A stretch of DNA of 40,979 bases from positions 1-40,979 of IMG/VR virus record IMGVR_UViG_2675903468_000003; one strand, given 5' to 3'. Of the stretch, positions 1 through 10,653 are shown in pieces. Each line of letters opens with the position of its first letter. Positions within the stretch are counted from its first letter, which is position 1. Under the pieces are notes generated by a model. That model ran no database searches and was not told the DNA's origin. It saw only the letters and a list, made by a program, of their open reading frames with translations. A program made the translations under genes and the position numbers. The DNA comes from a virus (taxonomy: Duplodnaviria > Heunggongvirae > Uroviricota > Caudoviricetes).

Positions 1-1158
1 ATGCTCACCGTTAAGCAGATTGAAGCAGCAAAGCCGAAAGAAAAACCATACCGCCTACTCGATGGTAATGGCCTGTACCTTTATGTCCCTGTGTCAGGGA
101 AAAAGGTATGGCAGCTTCGCTACAAGATTGACGGTAAGGAGAAAATCCTGACCGTAGGAAAATATCCGCTAATGACTTTGCAGGAGGCAAGAGATAAAGC
201 ATGGACCGCGAGGAAAGACATCTCGGTTGGCATCGATCCGGTAAAAGCGAAAAAGGCTTCGTCTAACAACAATTCCTTTAGTGCGATTTACAAGGAATGG
301 TACGAGCACAAGAAGCAAGTCTGGTCAGTAGGCTATGCAACTGAACTTGCAAAAATGTTTGATGACGACATTTTACCTATCATCGGCGGCCTTGAAATTC
401 AGGATATTGAGCCGATGCAACTTCTTGAAGTAATCCGCAGATTTGAAGATCGCGGTGCAATGGAGAGAGCCAACAAAGCCCGCAGAAGATGCGGCGAGGT
501 TTTCCGTTACGCTATTGTCACCGGCAGGGCTAAATATAACCCAGCACCTGACCTTGCTGACGCCATGAAGGGATACCGCAAGAAGAACTTCCCGTTTCTT
601 CCTGCAGACCAGATCCCGGCATTCAACAAAGCACTGGCAACATTTTCAGGAAGTATCGTATCGCTCATTGCAACCAAAGTTTTACGCTACACAGCCCTCA
701 GAACAAAAGAACTTCGTTCCATGCTATGGAAGAACGTCGATTTTGAAAACAGGATTATCACTATCGACGCCAGTGTGATGAAGGGACGCAAGATTCATGT
801 GGTCCCGATGTCAGACCAGGTGGTTGAACTTCTCACTACGCTAAGCTCAATCACCAAACCAGTCTCAGAGTTTGTTTTTGCCGGTCGCAACGATAAGAAG
901 AAGCCAATTTGCGAGAACGCTGTACTACTTGTGATCAAACAAATCGGCTATGAAGGTCTGGAAAGCGGTCACGGATTCAGGCATGAATTCAGCACGATTA
1001 TGAACGAGCACGAATGGCCTGCTGACGCTATTGAAGTGCAACTGGCACATGCCAACGGCGGATCTGTGCGTGGGATTTACAACCATGCTCAGTATCTCGA
1101 TAAGCGCAGAGAAATGATGCAGTGGTGGGCGGATTATCTCGATGAGAGGGTGGCATAG
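1..1158 (+). CDS. int: Tyrosine integrase, P4/IntS-like
   Basis: 385 aa. N-terminus MLTVKQIEAAKPKEKPYRLLDGNGLYLYV and C-terminal HGFRHEFSTIMNEHEW...QLAHANGGSVRGIYNHAQY are typical of P4-family integrases; recalled as close to E. coli IntS. Confidence 0.9.
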   Translation: MLTVKQIEAAKPKEKPYRLLDGNGLYLYVPVSGKKVWQLRYKIDGKEKILTVGKYPLMTLQEARDKAWTARKDISVGIDPVKAKKASSNNNSFSAIYKEWYEHKKQVWSVGYATELAKMFDDDILPIIGGLEIQDIEPMQLLEVIRRFEDRGAMERANKARRRCGEVFRYAIVTGRAKYNPAPDLADAMKGYRKKNFPFLPADQIPAFNKALATFSGSIVSLIATKVLRYTALRTKELRSMLWKNVDFENRIITIDASVMKGRKIHVVPMSDQVVELLTTLSSITKPVSEFVFAGRNDKKKPICENAVLLVIKQIGYEGLESGHGFRHEFSTIMNEHEWPADAIEVQLAHANGGSVRGIYNHAQYLDKRREMMQWWADYLDERVA

Positions 1159-1561
1159 CGCCACCTATAAACCGTGCAATAATCAAACTCACATGCGCAT
1201 CGTTGATGATGTATGTGATCACCCCAAACACTGGCGAAGTCACATTGTAGTCACCCGTTGAGTCTGGCATCTCTTCACGCTTACCGTTCTCCTGATTAAC
1301 CAGGTGAGGTTTTGGGTGAATTCGGTAACGCTTTATCCTTAACTCATCACCTATCCTGCAAACAAGCAGATAGCCATCACATGGCTTAAGTGAGCTATCC
1401 ACGACCAGCAAGGCACCATTCTGGATGCCTTCTCGCCAGTATGTTTGCCCTGCTCTCATAAAGTATGTAGATGCTGGATGTTCAACGAATTTTTCATCAA
1501 GCGACATGCTTCGCTCTACGTAGTCTGCTGCTGGTGATGGGAATGCCATGATGAATGCCAT
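1028..1561 (-). CDS. UmuD'-like (S24 LexA/UmuD fold) protein, degenerate; C-terminal extension antisense to int
   Basis: Starts aligned to UmuD about residue 25 (FPSPAADYVE is an exact match; HPASTYF and VFGVI blocks follow), so the RecA-cleavage site is absent. The nucleophile motif GDSM reads GQTY by my alignment. Homology ends near 1180 but the frame stays open to 1028, overlapping the int 3' end. May be a pseudogene. Confidence 0.5.
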   Translation of the reverse strand: MAFIMAFPSPAADYVERSMSLDEKFVEHPASTYFMRAGQTYWREGIQNGALLVVDSSLKPCDGYLLVCRIGDELRIKRYRIHPKPHLVNQENGKREEMPDSTGDYNVTSPVFGVITYIINDAHVSLIIARFIGGAMPPSHRDNPPTTASFLCAYRDTEHGCKSHAQIRRWHVPVALQ

Positions 1562-1566
1562 GCCGA

Positions 1567-1586
1567 TGCTGTTTATACATACAGTA
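1567..1586. promoter_or_regulatory. LexA (SOS) box upstream of the UmuD'-like ORF
   Basis: tgCTGTttatacatACAGta matches the CTGT-N8-ACAG consensus, about 6 nt upstream of the ORF start codon. Confidence 0.6.
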
Positions 1587-1707
1587 TTTATTCATTATGG
1601 ATACAGATCAAGCCCGCCGAAATAGACAGTTACTAACTTCTTGTTTTATTTTAGTATATAGTTATAAGTATGGATATGTACTGAACTCATAGACCGCGTT
1701 GTCGGTT

Positions 1708-2859
1708 ATGGATGTTCTTGATGGTATACTGGTTCTGATAACTATAACTTTGAGGGTTCAGTGCGTGGACAAAGTATTATCGATTCACTACTTACGAGGT
1801 TTGGCGGCACTTGCTGTTGTTGCATTTCATCTTAGACCACTTATTGATAACGTTTATGCACAAAAAAATCTTGGGCAATTACTTTTTTCGCATGGTGATT
1901 TCGGTGTTGATTTATTTTTCATAATAAGTGGTTTTATTATAACGTTAGCTACATCAAATGTGTCTCAAAATTATATTAGTGATTTTATAATAAAAAGGAC
2001 TTTTAGAATATACCCAGTACTAATTATTGGATTGGTTGGTATTTTCTTTCTCATGCCTAATGAGGATTTTTCAAATATTATTCGATCAGCCATACCTTTA
2101 CATTTGGACTACTCTAGGGAAGCGCCATACTTTGGGTATAATTCATTGATAACAGCTTGGACATTAACCTATGAATTATACTTTTACTTCATATTTTTAG
2201 TTGCGATGTTTGTTTCACACAAATATAGAGCTTATATCTGCTCTGCTATTTTGGTGTTACTTGTATTGATATCACAATTATATTTCAATGGTTCTGTCAA
2301 TTTTTCAGGTAATGCTATAGCAAAAATTGATAATTCTTCTTATATGATGGCTTTGATAAAATTCTCATCATCACCGATGTTGCTTGAATTTGTCGTCGGG
2401 ATGATGCTGTATGAGTTTCGAAAGGTTATAATACGCGTACCTTTCGCAAATATAATATCATTTTCATTAGTTGCGTTTGTAATTTGTTCTTTCTTCTCAG
2501 GGTATAAATCATCGCATGGTCCATTGAATTATGGAATTTGGGGGCTTTCATTATTAATAGCGGCATTAGTATATGACTCAAAAAATGGAATAAAAGATAA
2601 TAAGGCATTATCATTTTTAGGCGATATTTCTTATTCGCTTTATATATCGCATGTTCTTGTGATAAAATTCTTTATGCTCCATTTCACAACGTTCCCGTTA
2701 TACTCATCGACATCTGGATTTTCAAAATTCTTATTTTTAATGTTTACATCATTAATTATTTCTTATTTTATGTTTGTTTTTATTGAGAAACCATTTATAA
2801 AATTAGGTAGAAAGGCAATTTCTTCATCATATTTTGTTAAAATGAGAGTCGCAAGCTAA
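1708..2859 (+). CDS. Acyltransferase family 3 integral membrane protein (O-antigen/LPS acyltransferase-like moron)
   Basis: Multi-TM protein with LRGLAALAVVAFH and FGVDLFFIISGF motifs. Visibly AT-rich compared with neighbours. Sits between int and tailspike, where serotype-conversion genes occur in P22/Sf6-type phages. Track ORF begins at a TTG (1699); the first ATG is 1708. Confidence 0.8.
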   Translation: MDVLDGILVLITITLRVQCVDKVLSIHYLRGLAALAVVAFHLRPLIDNVYAQKNLGQLLFSHGDFGVDLFFIISGFIITLATSNVSQNYISDFIIKRTFRIYPVLIIGLVGIFFLMPNEDFSNIIRSAIPLHLDYSREAPYFGYNSLITAWTLTYELYFYFIFLVAMFVSHKYRAYICSAILVLLVLISQLYFNGSVNFSGNAIAKIDNSSYMMALIKFSSSPMLLEFVVGMMLYEFRKVIIRVPFANIISFSLVAFVICSFFSGYKSSHGPLNYGIWGLSLLIAALVYDSKNGIKDNKALSFLGDISYSLYISHVLVIKFFMLHFTTFPLYSSTSGFSKFLFLMFTSLIISYFMFVFIEKPFIKLGRKAISSSYFVKMRVAS

Positions 2860-2910
2860 TGAAGTAATACTTGATGTGCGGCATGTATTGTATACATACC
2901 GCACTTTCAT

Positions 2911-4935
2911 TTAGATTATGCAAACCTCAATCTCTGCCATCGCTGTGTGTGTCGAGCTAATTGCAGCCATGTCAATTGAAACTCGCATACCTCCTGCACC
3001 TGCAGCTGATCGTGATATTGTGAATGAACCGCTACGCCCACCATGATTTTGATGAATAACAACTGGTGTAGATGTTGTCACATTCATAAACTTGATATCA
3101 CATGTTGTCTGATCTCGCCCGTTTGCAGCCACTGTTGGTATGCTAAGCATGTTATATTTCACATAACACTGATGCCCGGCAGGCACAATAAAGAATCCTG
3201 CGTTAGTTACAGTCGTACCGTTAACGCGTGCGCTAATAGTAATCTTTCCATCTTCATGGAACCCATTATAACCAGCCCAGGCTGATGATATTTTAGAGTC
3301 AGGTACTGGCCCAAGAGTTTCACCAGTAGCAGAGTAAGAATTGCTTGAACTGAATATGAATTGACGAGAGTCAAATTCACCAGCACCAGAAGGTGCGACA
3401 ACTTTTAAAACCTCATTCACGGTTTGATTAAAACTGTTTCCTTCGATAAGCAAAGGAAATGCAAATCCTCCAGTCAAAACAGTGGTTGATTTAGAGACTA
3501 AGATAGCTACAGTATTCATTAGGAACCAGTTTCCAGATATGGTTTTTGCACATTCTGATGCCGGGTTTGTTACTGTGGATGGTATCAGGATGGTTAATCC
3601 AACTGGATTTTTTTCAACGGTATTACCAACGAAACTGAGTGTGACATTATAGCCGAACACAGCCCCTTGCACGGTGTTTTCTGATATTGTACATCCATGT
3701 ATTGTCTGGCTTCCGGCGTGGCCGGTTGCGCTTAATATGATACCTGACTTGTTCAGCACGAATTCACATCCAAAAAATCTATTTTGGTCTGAGTAACCAA
3801 AACCTAAACTATTACGATCTATTCTTACACCCACACCACACCATAGGGCACGTACTCCTATGAAATTATTCAGATAAACAGAACCGCGAAGAGTGAATGC
3901 GTGATCAAAATATCTAACATGTATATTTTCGAAAGAACACTCCCTAACATGATAATCTCCACCATTTACTGTTTCATCAACACTGAATGCATATCCAGCC
4001 CAGTCCGTTGATACATTGCTTACCCCTTCTAACATGATGTCCCGGATGACAACTCCGGTTATCCCGTAGGTAAATCTGAAACCGTCATAGGTCGGCACTA
4101 AAACGAAACCGTTAACCCCGACAGGAAATTTTAGACATGGCATTTGGCGAGCAGACACTGCAGATCCGCCATTGCCAGTGATTTTTATTGGTTTGCTGAT
4201 TATCAGTGGTGCTGTAAGATTGTAATATAAAGGTGGCGTTTGTACCGTTAGCGAACCGCCCCATGGGGTTGCATCGATAGCAGACTGAAAACCAGTTGTG
4301 TCATCATCTGTACCATTACCACTGGTGAACCAAACGGTTTTTATCTCATCGCCAATCTGTCGTTTCCATCTTTTTCCAGAAGCATCTACCAGTACAGTCC
4401 CACCGTTATCAGGTGTTGATGTGTCTGAAGCGTCAAGAAAAAACCAACCCTCACCCCCATCATTGTCATGTTCTCTTCCTACGCATTTTATTTGCGTTCC
4501 AGAAACGTTAGATGCCCTTATTTGTTCATAAGTCGCCCCAACAATATAAGACTCACCATCAACTGCTGCTAATTTGTCTATGAATGCTAGCAATGCCTGA
4601 TCAGGGTCATACTTCAGCACATTTGGGAATTTGAACTGCTGTGCACCATACGCATCATATACAGCCATAGAATGGCCTTGCACAGTTACGAATTTGGCAA
4701 TCTGTCCGTTATATACAGGGTAACCAGCGGCGTTAATGATGATTGGCTGCGAAACAGGAACGTGAGAACCGTCTTCATTCTCCACATAAACCTGAATCTG
4801 GTTTTCAGGATTTACCGGGTCAGTGTTAATTTTACCGATATAAATTTTGCCATTGGCAACCGCTTTAAAAGAACGCGCCATAGTGAAAAGTTGCGAAGGC
4901 ATGCTTACCACAACATTTGCGGTGATATCTGACAT
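2911..4935 (-). CDS. Tailspike protein (P22 gp9-like head-binding N-domain plus beta-helix receptor-binding domain)
   Basis: [59 protein letters not shown] matches the P22 tailspike N-terminal domain. Start trimmed from track ORF start 4983 to the MSDITA methionine. Confidence 0.85.
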   Translation of the reverse strand: MSDITANVVVSMPSQLFTMARSFKAVANGKIYIGKINTDPVNPENQIQVYVENEDGSHVPVSQPIIINAAGYPVYNGQIAKFVTVQGHSMAVYDAYGAQQFKFPNVLKYDPDQALLAFIDKLAAVDGESYIVGATYEQIRASNVSGTQIKCVGREHDNDGGEGWFFLDASDTSTPDNGGTVLVDASGKRWKRQIGDEIKTVWFTSGNGTDDDTTGFQSAIDATPWGGSLTVQTPPLYYNLTAPLIISKPIKITGNGGSAVSARQMPCLKFPVGVNGFVLVPTYDGFRFTYGITGVVIRDIMLEGVSNVSTDWAGYAFSVDETVNGGDYHVRECSFENIHVRYFDHAFTLRGSVYLNNFIGVRALWCGVGVRIDRNSLGFGYSDQNRFFGCEFVLNKSGIILSATGHAGSQTIHGCTISENTVQGAVFGYNVTLSFVGNTVEKNPVGLTILIPSTVTNPASECAKTISGNWFLMNTVAILVSKSTTVLTGGFAFPLLIEGNSFNQTVNEVLKVVAPSGAGEFDSRQFIFSSSNSYSATGETLGPVPDSKISSAWAGYNGFHEDGKITISARVNGTTVTNAGFFIVPAGHQCYVKYNMLSIPTVAANGRDQTTCDIKFMNVTTSTPVVIHQNHGGRSGSFTISRSAAGAGGMRVSIDMAAISSTHTAMAEIEVCII

Positions 4936-5056
4936 TTCATTGCTCCAGACGAATGATATGATGCAACCATGATGTGATTGCATAACGAAATGGTACTATT
5001 GAGTATTTATCCAGTAGGTTACGATGCCATTCCACCCAACTGGTGAGGCATCAAGG

Positions 5057-5317
5057 ATGTACAGCAAATACGACGAGGCGCAGTTTCACTTGAGACTTCC
5101 GCATGAACTCCACGCGAAAATTAAGCAGCGTGCGAAGATGAATAACAGGTCGCTGAACTCAGAGATAATTGCAGCGATTGAAGAATCATTGGATAAACAA
5201 AGCTCTGCATCAGTTTACATTGACGATGCAGAGCGTATGGCAGAACAACAATCGGATATGGTTAAGAAAATTGTCTTTGATACGCTCAAGAGGCTATATA
5301 AAAAAGACAGTAGCTAA
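5057..5317 (+). CDS. mnt: Mnt-like ribbon-helix-helix repressor (immI remnant)
   Basis: FHLRLPHELHAKIKQRAKMNNRSLNSEIIAAIEESL...AERMAEQQSDMVKKIVFDTLKRLYKK resembles P22 Mnt. Start trimmed to MYSKY. No arc/ant partner is present. Confidence 0.75.
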   Translation: MYSKYDEAQFHLRLPHELHAKIKQRAKMNNRSLNSEIIAAIEESLDKQSSASVYIDDAERMAEQQSDMVKKIVFDTLKRLYKKDSS

Positions 5318-5406
5318 CCATCCGTTACGGAGGATTTATGCAAAGAGATATGCTGAATATTGCGTTCTACATATTTGGTTTTTGCACGTTCCTGGTGTTT
5401 GCGAAG

Positions 5407-7404
5407 CTATTCTGACAACGCATCAGACTTGGCACCCTGAGTAAGGGCGTTAATGGCCTTTTGCGCCTGCTGCATGGCTTTCTCAAACGCTGTTGATCCG
5501 CGTGGGGTGTTTGCCATTCGGAGCATTGCATTTCTGAATAGCTCGCTCTCATAGGCGCGAGTAAGAAGTCCGTAGCTTACTGCTGCGCCAGTTGTCGCCG
5601 GGTTCATTGCCGTCCCATATCCGATAATGAACGGGATGGTTTGCTGCCCTGTTGGTGTTGTTACTGCCGCTTTTGCAGCCTGTTGCGTGGATTGCAGGTA
5701 GTTTTTCAATCCTTTCAGATAAGCGGCTTCCTGACCTTTAAATGTGATGCCAGTCTGGTTTTGCAGGATGTTAAGCTGCCGAAGGAACTGGTCAGGGGAT
5801 CCGCCAGATTTCTCCATCGCCTTTCCAATGATGCCATTGCGCATTTGCGCTCTGCCAACACGACCAACTGAGTTATACAGCGTCTTAATTTCCGATTTGT
5901 TCTTGCTGAATAGCATGTTGTTGACAACTTCCGGCGTCAGGTCGCCTTTCATGAGAACATTCTTCAGCCTGGTATTCTTTAGTTTCGCTGCTTCGTCAGC
6001 GTATACGGCATTGGCCTGCTGATATTTACGGAGAGTATCGTTGCCAAGATTCTGACCAATGGCACCATTGATGTCGTCTGTCATCGCCTTGTAAACTCGC
6101 TGAATGGCAGCATCGGAACGGTTTGGTAACACTGGTCGCTCACCCTTCACGTCCATTCTGAACTGGCTGCGCAGGTCGCTTAATTGCTTCAAATCCAGAT
6201 TTACCGGACCATCAGGACCAGCATTGCGAACAAGCTCATCACGATAGGACTGAAGTTTTGAAATAGTCTCGTTATCAGCAACCTTACCAAGCTTCTGCAG
6301 GTTAGATATTTCTGTATCAATCTGCTGAATTGCTCGCGCAGGCTGAATGTTTACTCCAGCCATAGCATTCTGAACCTGCTCCAGTCGATTACCGGCAGCG
6401 CGACGAATTCCTGATGTTTTCGCTTTAAGGCTGTCAATAATAACCGCTGGATCATACTCACCGAATTTATCAGCAAATCTCTGCACCAACTGGCTTCTCG
6501 CTTCTTGTTGCGTTGCTCTCATTCCGCTTGTGCCAGCCAGAGGGATATTTTCTGCTGTAGTCTGCGCCATTTTTCCGACGCGGGAAGTGGGTTGTAACAG
6601 GTCTGTGGTGTGCAGAGGAACTCCTTCACGCTCTGCAAATCTGATAGCTTGCTGCGCTTCTGGCGCAATAGCACCGCGAACGCCACGATAAGCAGCACCT
6701 AATCCACGTCCAGCAGCGTTAATAGCGCCGCCTGCCAGAACGCCAACACCTAAATCGGTAGCGAGTGCCTCCGCATCATCTTTCATACTGTTTGCAGCAA
6801 GTGATCCAACTGCGTTTTCTGCGAGAAGGCGAGTTGCCCCCTGAGCAATTCGGCCAGCAAGTGTTGGTGCCTGTGTTGCCGCTCTCTCAACGCCAGCAGG
6901 AGTGATGTAAGGCAATGCTTCAGCAAACACCCGGCCCTCTGTCGTTTGTGGAGTCAGCGCGCCTTGCTGAAGGCCAAAATCCTGCTCTAATACCTGCGTT
7001 GTTACTCGTGGCGCTGGTTGATATGTACCATCGCCAATGCCGAGTTTACCGCCAGCCCATGCAGCCGCACTTGTTACAGCATCGGCAACTGATGCAGGTA
7101 TGTTTGCCACGTTCACGCCAGCCTGCACCAGTCCGCGACCAGTCTCTTTTACTGCTTCACCAAGATCAGACATAAATCCGCTTTGCTGTGGTTGTTGCTG
7201 TGCTACTGGTTGTTGTGTCTCCACTGGCCGCACAGATGGCAATGGATAGGCAGCATAGAAAGCTTGCTTAGCCTGCTCTGCATTTTCTCCGGCTTGCGGG
7301 GCCACGACTTCATTGAAGTATTGCTCCTGAGCCTGCGCTTTTTGTTCTGGTGCTAACGCCTGATACTGTGGAGAGGCGATAACATCTTTCCATGCTTTAG
7401 CCAT
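5407..7404 (-). CDS. Ejection/internal protein, P22 gp16-like
   Basis: Size and position match P22 gene order 7-20-16 upstream of the tailspike region. Confidence 0.75.
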   Translation of the reverse strand: MAKAWKDVIASPQYQALAPEQKAQAQEQYFNEVVAPQAGENAEQAKQAFYAAYPLPSVRPVETQQPVAQQQPQQSGFMSDLGEAVKETGRGLVQAGVNVANIPASVADAVTSAAAWAGGKLGIGDGTYQPAPRVTTQVLEQDFGLQQGALTPQTTEGRVFAEALPYITPAGVERAATQAPTLAGRIAQGATRLLAENAVGSLAANSMKDDAEALATDLGVGVLAGGAINAAGRGLGAAYRGVRGAIAPEAQQAIRFAEREGVPLHTTDLLQPTSRVGKMAQTTAENIPLAGTSGMRATQQEARSQLVQRFADKFGEYDPAVIIDSLKAKTSGIRRAAGNRLEQVQNAMAGVNIQPARAIQQIDTEISNLQKLGKVADNETISKLQSYRDELVRNAGPDGPVNLDLKQLSDLRSQFRMDVKGERPVLPNRSDAAIQRVYKAMTDDINGAIGQNLGNDTLRKYQQANAVYADEAAKLKNTRLKNVLMKGDLTPEVVNNMLFSKNKSEIKTLYNSVGRVGRAQMRNGIIGKAMEKSGGSPDQFLRQLNILQNQTGITFKGQEAAYLKGLKNYLQSTQQAAKAAVTTPTGQQTIPFIIGYGTAMNPATTGAAVSYGLLTRAYESELFRNAMLRMANTPRGSTAFEKAMQQAQKAINALTQGAKSDALSE

Positions 7405-8792
7405 TAATCACCCCATAGTGAAGAAAAGTTACTGCTGGCTGCTGGCTGTGATACCTGTGCAGGTTGAGATTGCTGCCGCTGAGATTTACCAACATTAACG
7501 TTATATTGTTGGTTGTAATTGTTGGTGTATTCCTGAATCTCACGAATCGACTGCTGCATAGCCTCCGGGCTTGAATAGTCAACCTGCGGCATCCCCTGAA
7601 AATACATCTTCGCTTCTGCAACGGTGTTAATACCACTGGCACCCATGTCCCTTGCTGCCGCCACACCCTGATTCTGCATTCTGCCCTGAATACGTTGTGC
7701 TGAGTTATATAACTGGCGCTGCTCTTTTCCTGTTAATCGGCTGCGAACATCAGCACCAATTGCTGGATTACCTGCACCGCCTGTCATTCCTGTCATGAAA
7801 TCGAGAGCAGAAGCGTCTGCATTTGCGATCGCGTCGATATCCTTCTTCATGGCATAGTTTTGTGCTGATGCAGACGATGTTGCAGGCGCTGCGATTGAAC
7901 TGGCAGGAACGCGAACCATATTCCCCTCGTTGTCGATGCCTTCGTAGAACGCATTAGCCCCAGCGCCGTGAAGCTTCCCGCCTACCGTTACAGTTCTGCC
8001 ATCTGATAACTGAACTGTACGCTCATCATTCCCAGCGGTTCCTCTTGTTGACGCTCGCTGCATTGCCAAATCCTGCCCGCGTCGCGCAGTAGAAGCAGAT
8101 AAGTCCTGCCCGCGCATCGTGATGTTCTGGCCTCGTGCTGTTAGCGCCTCGCCAGCCTGATTGCTGCGGATTGTCTCTGCAAGTTTTCCGCGATCAATCT
8201 CACGACCAGCCATCTTGTCCTGAACATTGAAGTAATCAATCGGACCAAGAGCAGCCATTCCAAGGTGATCAACAAACTCACCAAATCCTGAGGGATTCTG
8301 CTGATACATCTGAGCAACGTTGTTAGGATCAACACCGACGCGAGTCAGTTCCTTGGCGTTGTTTTGCAGCCATGATTGCATTGCTTCTGGAGACGATGCC
8401 GCAAGACGTGCGCCAGCCGCTAAGGTGCCGATAGAATTACGCTGATCTTCATCAATGAATCCCATGCCTTTACGAACGGATTCAATCTGTTCTGGATATT
8501 GAGTAGCCAACTGACGCAAAGCACCGCGATCACCAGACGCATAAGCATTAGCGTATGCCTGCTGAAATTCTTTCTGCCGCTGAGCCTGCTTTTCCTGCTG
8601 AAACACCCCCGCAATACCTGAAAGGCCTTGCAAAGCAGTCAGCCCAACATTGTTAGCGCCTGAACGCTCAATATCATTGTTCTGCCTGATAAGCTGAAGC
8701 GTATTGCCGATGTCATTTACGCTCGGAGCGTTTGAGTTGACGCCGCCGATACCAGCCAACAATCCGCCGTTTGTTCCTTGCCAAGTAGCCAT
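7404..8792 (-). CDS. Ejection protein, P22 gp20-like
   Basis: 462 aa, between the gp7-like and gp16-like genes; its stop overlaps the next gene's start. Confidence 0.75.
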   Translation of the reverse strand: MATWQGTNGGLLAGIGGVNSNAPSVNDIGNTLQLIRQNNDIERSGANNVGLTALQGLSGIAGVFQQEKQAQRQKEFQQAYANAYASGDRGALRQLATQYPEQIESVRKGMGFIDEDQRNSIGTLAAGARLAASSPEAMQSWLQNNAKELTRVGVDPNNVAQMYQQNPSGFGEFVDHLGMAALGPIDYFNVQDKMAGREIDRGKLAETIRSNQAGEALTARGQNITMRGQDLSASTARRGQDLAMQRASTRGTAGNDERTVQLSDGRTVTVGGKLHGAGANAFYEGIDNEGNMVRVPASSIAAPATSSASAQNYAMKKDIDAIANADASALDFMTGMTGGAGNPAIGADVRSRLTGKEQRQLYNSAQRIQGRMQNQGVAAARDMGASGINTVAEAKMYFQGMPQVDYSSPEAMQQSIREIQEYTNNYNQQYNVNVGKSQRQQSQPAQVSQPAASSNFSSLWGD

Positions 8793-8801
8793 GATTACCC
8801 C

Positions 8802-9494
8802 TTAAAACAACGAGCCAAGCAATCCGATACCAGCACCAATGCCAGCGCCCCAAGGTGTTGATGTTCCCAAAAGGCTGGCAAGACCTGCACCGGCAATCGC
8901 ACCAGACGTTCCGCCACTAATTGCTGTCTGAAGACTTGATGGTTTGTTGGCATTAGCAGCGGCAAGAGCTGCGCTTTGCTGTGCAATGCTGCTCATGTTG
9001 TTGGCGTACGTCTGCCCGGCGTTTGCCTGACCTTGCAGCGCACCAAGCCCAACGTTTGCCAGATTGTTGTAATTGCTCATCTGGCTTGATAACCACGACT
9101 GACCGAGAGTCGGAGCAATCGTAGCCAGTTGATTGCTTGTAGCTGTCGAACCAAGTCCGCCAGTCGCCTCCGCAGCAGCAAGACTCTGGTAACGAGCCTG
9201 AGCTGCAAGGTCTTTATACTGCTGAGAATTGTAATACTGATTAAGTGCCTGCCCCTGACCTTCTAAACTGGAAAGATTCTGAAGCTGGTTAACATACTGC
9301 TCCGCAAGCGGCGTGAACGGAGCAAGGTTTTTCATGATCGTCTGCCACTGCTGATTTTGCAGGTCTGCTGCATACTTCTGAGCTTCTGCGGCATACTTTG
9401 CGCTTTTATCAGAACTGCCACCTTTCCCGCCTTTTTCAGGGCAATAAGGTTCCTCGCCGCGCAGTTTTCTGCCCAGCTTAAATGCATATAACAT
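8802..9494 (-). CDS. Ejection protein, P22 gp7-like
   Basis: 230 aa; N-terminus MLYAFKLGRKLRGEEPYCPEKGGKGGS resembles P22 gp7. Confidence 0.75.
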   Translation of the reverse strand: MLYAFKLGRKLRGEEPYCPEKGGKGGSSDKSAKYAAEAQKYAADLQNQQWQTIMKNLAPFTPLAEQYVNQLQNLSSLEGQGQALNQYYNSQQYKDLAAQARYQSLAAAEATGGLGSTATSNQLATIAPTLGQSWLSSQMSNYNNLANVGLGALQGQANAGQTYANNMSSIAQQSAALAAANANKPSSLQTAISGGTSGAIAGAGLASLLGTSTPWGAGIGAGIGLLGSLF

Positions 9495-9496
9495 GG

Positions 9497-9952
9497 CTAT
9501 CTCCCGTGATTCAGGAAGTCGATTAGTTCTTCGCGTGTGGCGCTGTAAAAAGTCACGTCATCCACGCCTTTGAAGTATTTCTTGATGGTTCCTACACGCT
9601 TAAGGCCAATCATTGCGCAGTACATCTGACCGTGGCGGAATTTGCGTGCAGCGAACGATGTTACGCACTGAACGGTGGTGTTAGTCAGAATGTATCGCCA
9701 GAACGCCAGCCCGATTTCCTTGCTGAAGCCGCGAATCTCTGGCAGGTACATGGCGTGGCAATCGAATGTCTGCGGCTGAATCTCCTGATAGTAAACAATG
9801 CCGCCGAACTGCCCGTGCACGTTCACCTCAAAGTAACGGCATTCAGGCTTGTAGTCGTATCCATCACCGTTGTTGCTCCCGGCAATAATGTCAGGGTGAT
9901 TTCCGACAGCTTCGATCAGGTCGATATTTCGCGTTTGTTTGAATGTAATCAT
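9497..9952 (-). CDS. Head/tail completion protein, P22 gp14-position
   Basis: 151 aa ORF between the tail needle and gp7-like genes. Assigned by synteny only. Confidence 0.55.
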   Translation of the reverse strand: MITFKQTRNIDLIEAVGNHPDIIAGSNNGDGYDYKPECRYFEVNVHGQFGGIVYYQEIQPQTFDCHAMYLPEIRGFSKEIGLAFWRYILTNTTVQCVTSFAARKFRHGQMYCAMIGLKRVGTIKKYFKGVDDVTFYSATREELIDFLNHGR

Positions 9953-10653
9953 CAGTCAATCAACCCATGAGTCCGTAATGCATCTTCCATAGCTTTGATA
10001 CGCTGCCGCGCCTGCTGCAATCCTGTAGCCATAGCCGACACCTCAGACCGTGTGTATGTGGCACTTACCGTGTATGTCTGGTTAGCGTTGAATGAGCCGC
10101 GAAGAGCCGTACCTGTAGCCGCTGTCCACCCTGTCTGACGAGCACCAATAACCTTGGTGCCGCCGACCGAATAGGATGTTGTTACATTGAGGGGGGATGC
10201 CAGCGATTGTGTTGCAGTGGCTGTTTTCGATACATAGTCGTCCTGTAATGCAGAAATGTTGCTCTCAGCAGTCGTAACCCGGCCATCAAGAGCGCTGACG
10301 TCAGCCTGTAAAGTGACTATTTCTCCTTCAGCCGTGGTTAGTCTGACATCCAGCGCTGCAATTGCCGCAGTATTCGCAGCAATACGGATTTCATGGTCGT
10401 CTACGTCGATGCGGAGCTGACGAATTCTTTCTTCGTGATCGACCAGAATCACATCCTGCTCATCGTTCCTGACCTGTGCATCATAAGCGCCCTGTCCGGC
10501 CTCGTTGGCCTTATTCGCCACGTTACCAACATCAGTACCCTGTGCGATAACGTAAAGCAAATACGACTGCGAGAAGATATTGCGTGGAAGGATTGATGTA
10601 TCGAGCCGCGTCGCCTGCACAATAACAGGGGTGTTGAGATTCGAATCAGCCAT
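9952..10653 (-). CDS. Tail needle protein (P22 gp26-like trimeric coiled coil)
   Basis: [43 protein letters not shown]...[11 protein letters not shown]...LRTHGLID closely resembles P22 gp26. Confidence 0.9.
   Translation of the reverse strand: MADSNLNTPVIVQATRLDTSILPRNIFSQSYLLYVIAQGTDVGNVANKANEAGQGAYDAQVRNDEQDVILVDHEERIRQLRIDVDDHEIRIAANTAAIAALDVRLTTAEGEIVTLQADVSALDGRVTTAESNISALQDDYVSKTATATQSLASPLNVTTSYSVGGTKVIGARQTGWTAATGTALRGSFNANQTYTVSATYTRSEVSAMATGLQQARQRIKAMEDALRTHGLID

Noticed and set aside
5169-5552. ORFs of 91 and 61 aa near the mnt 3' end
   Set aside because: They overlap mnt or the gp16-like gene out of frame and have no ribosome-binding site.
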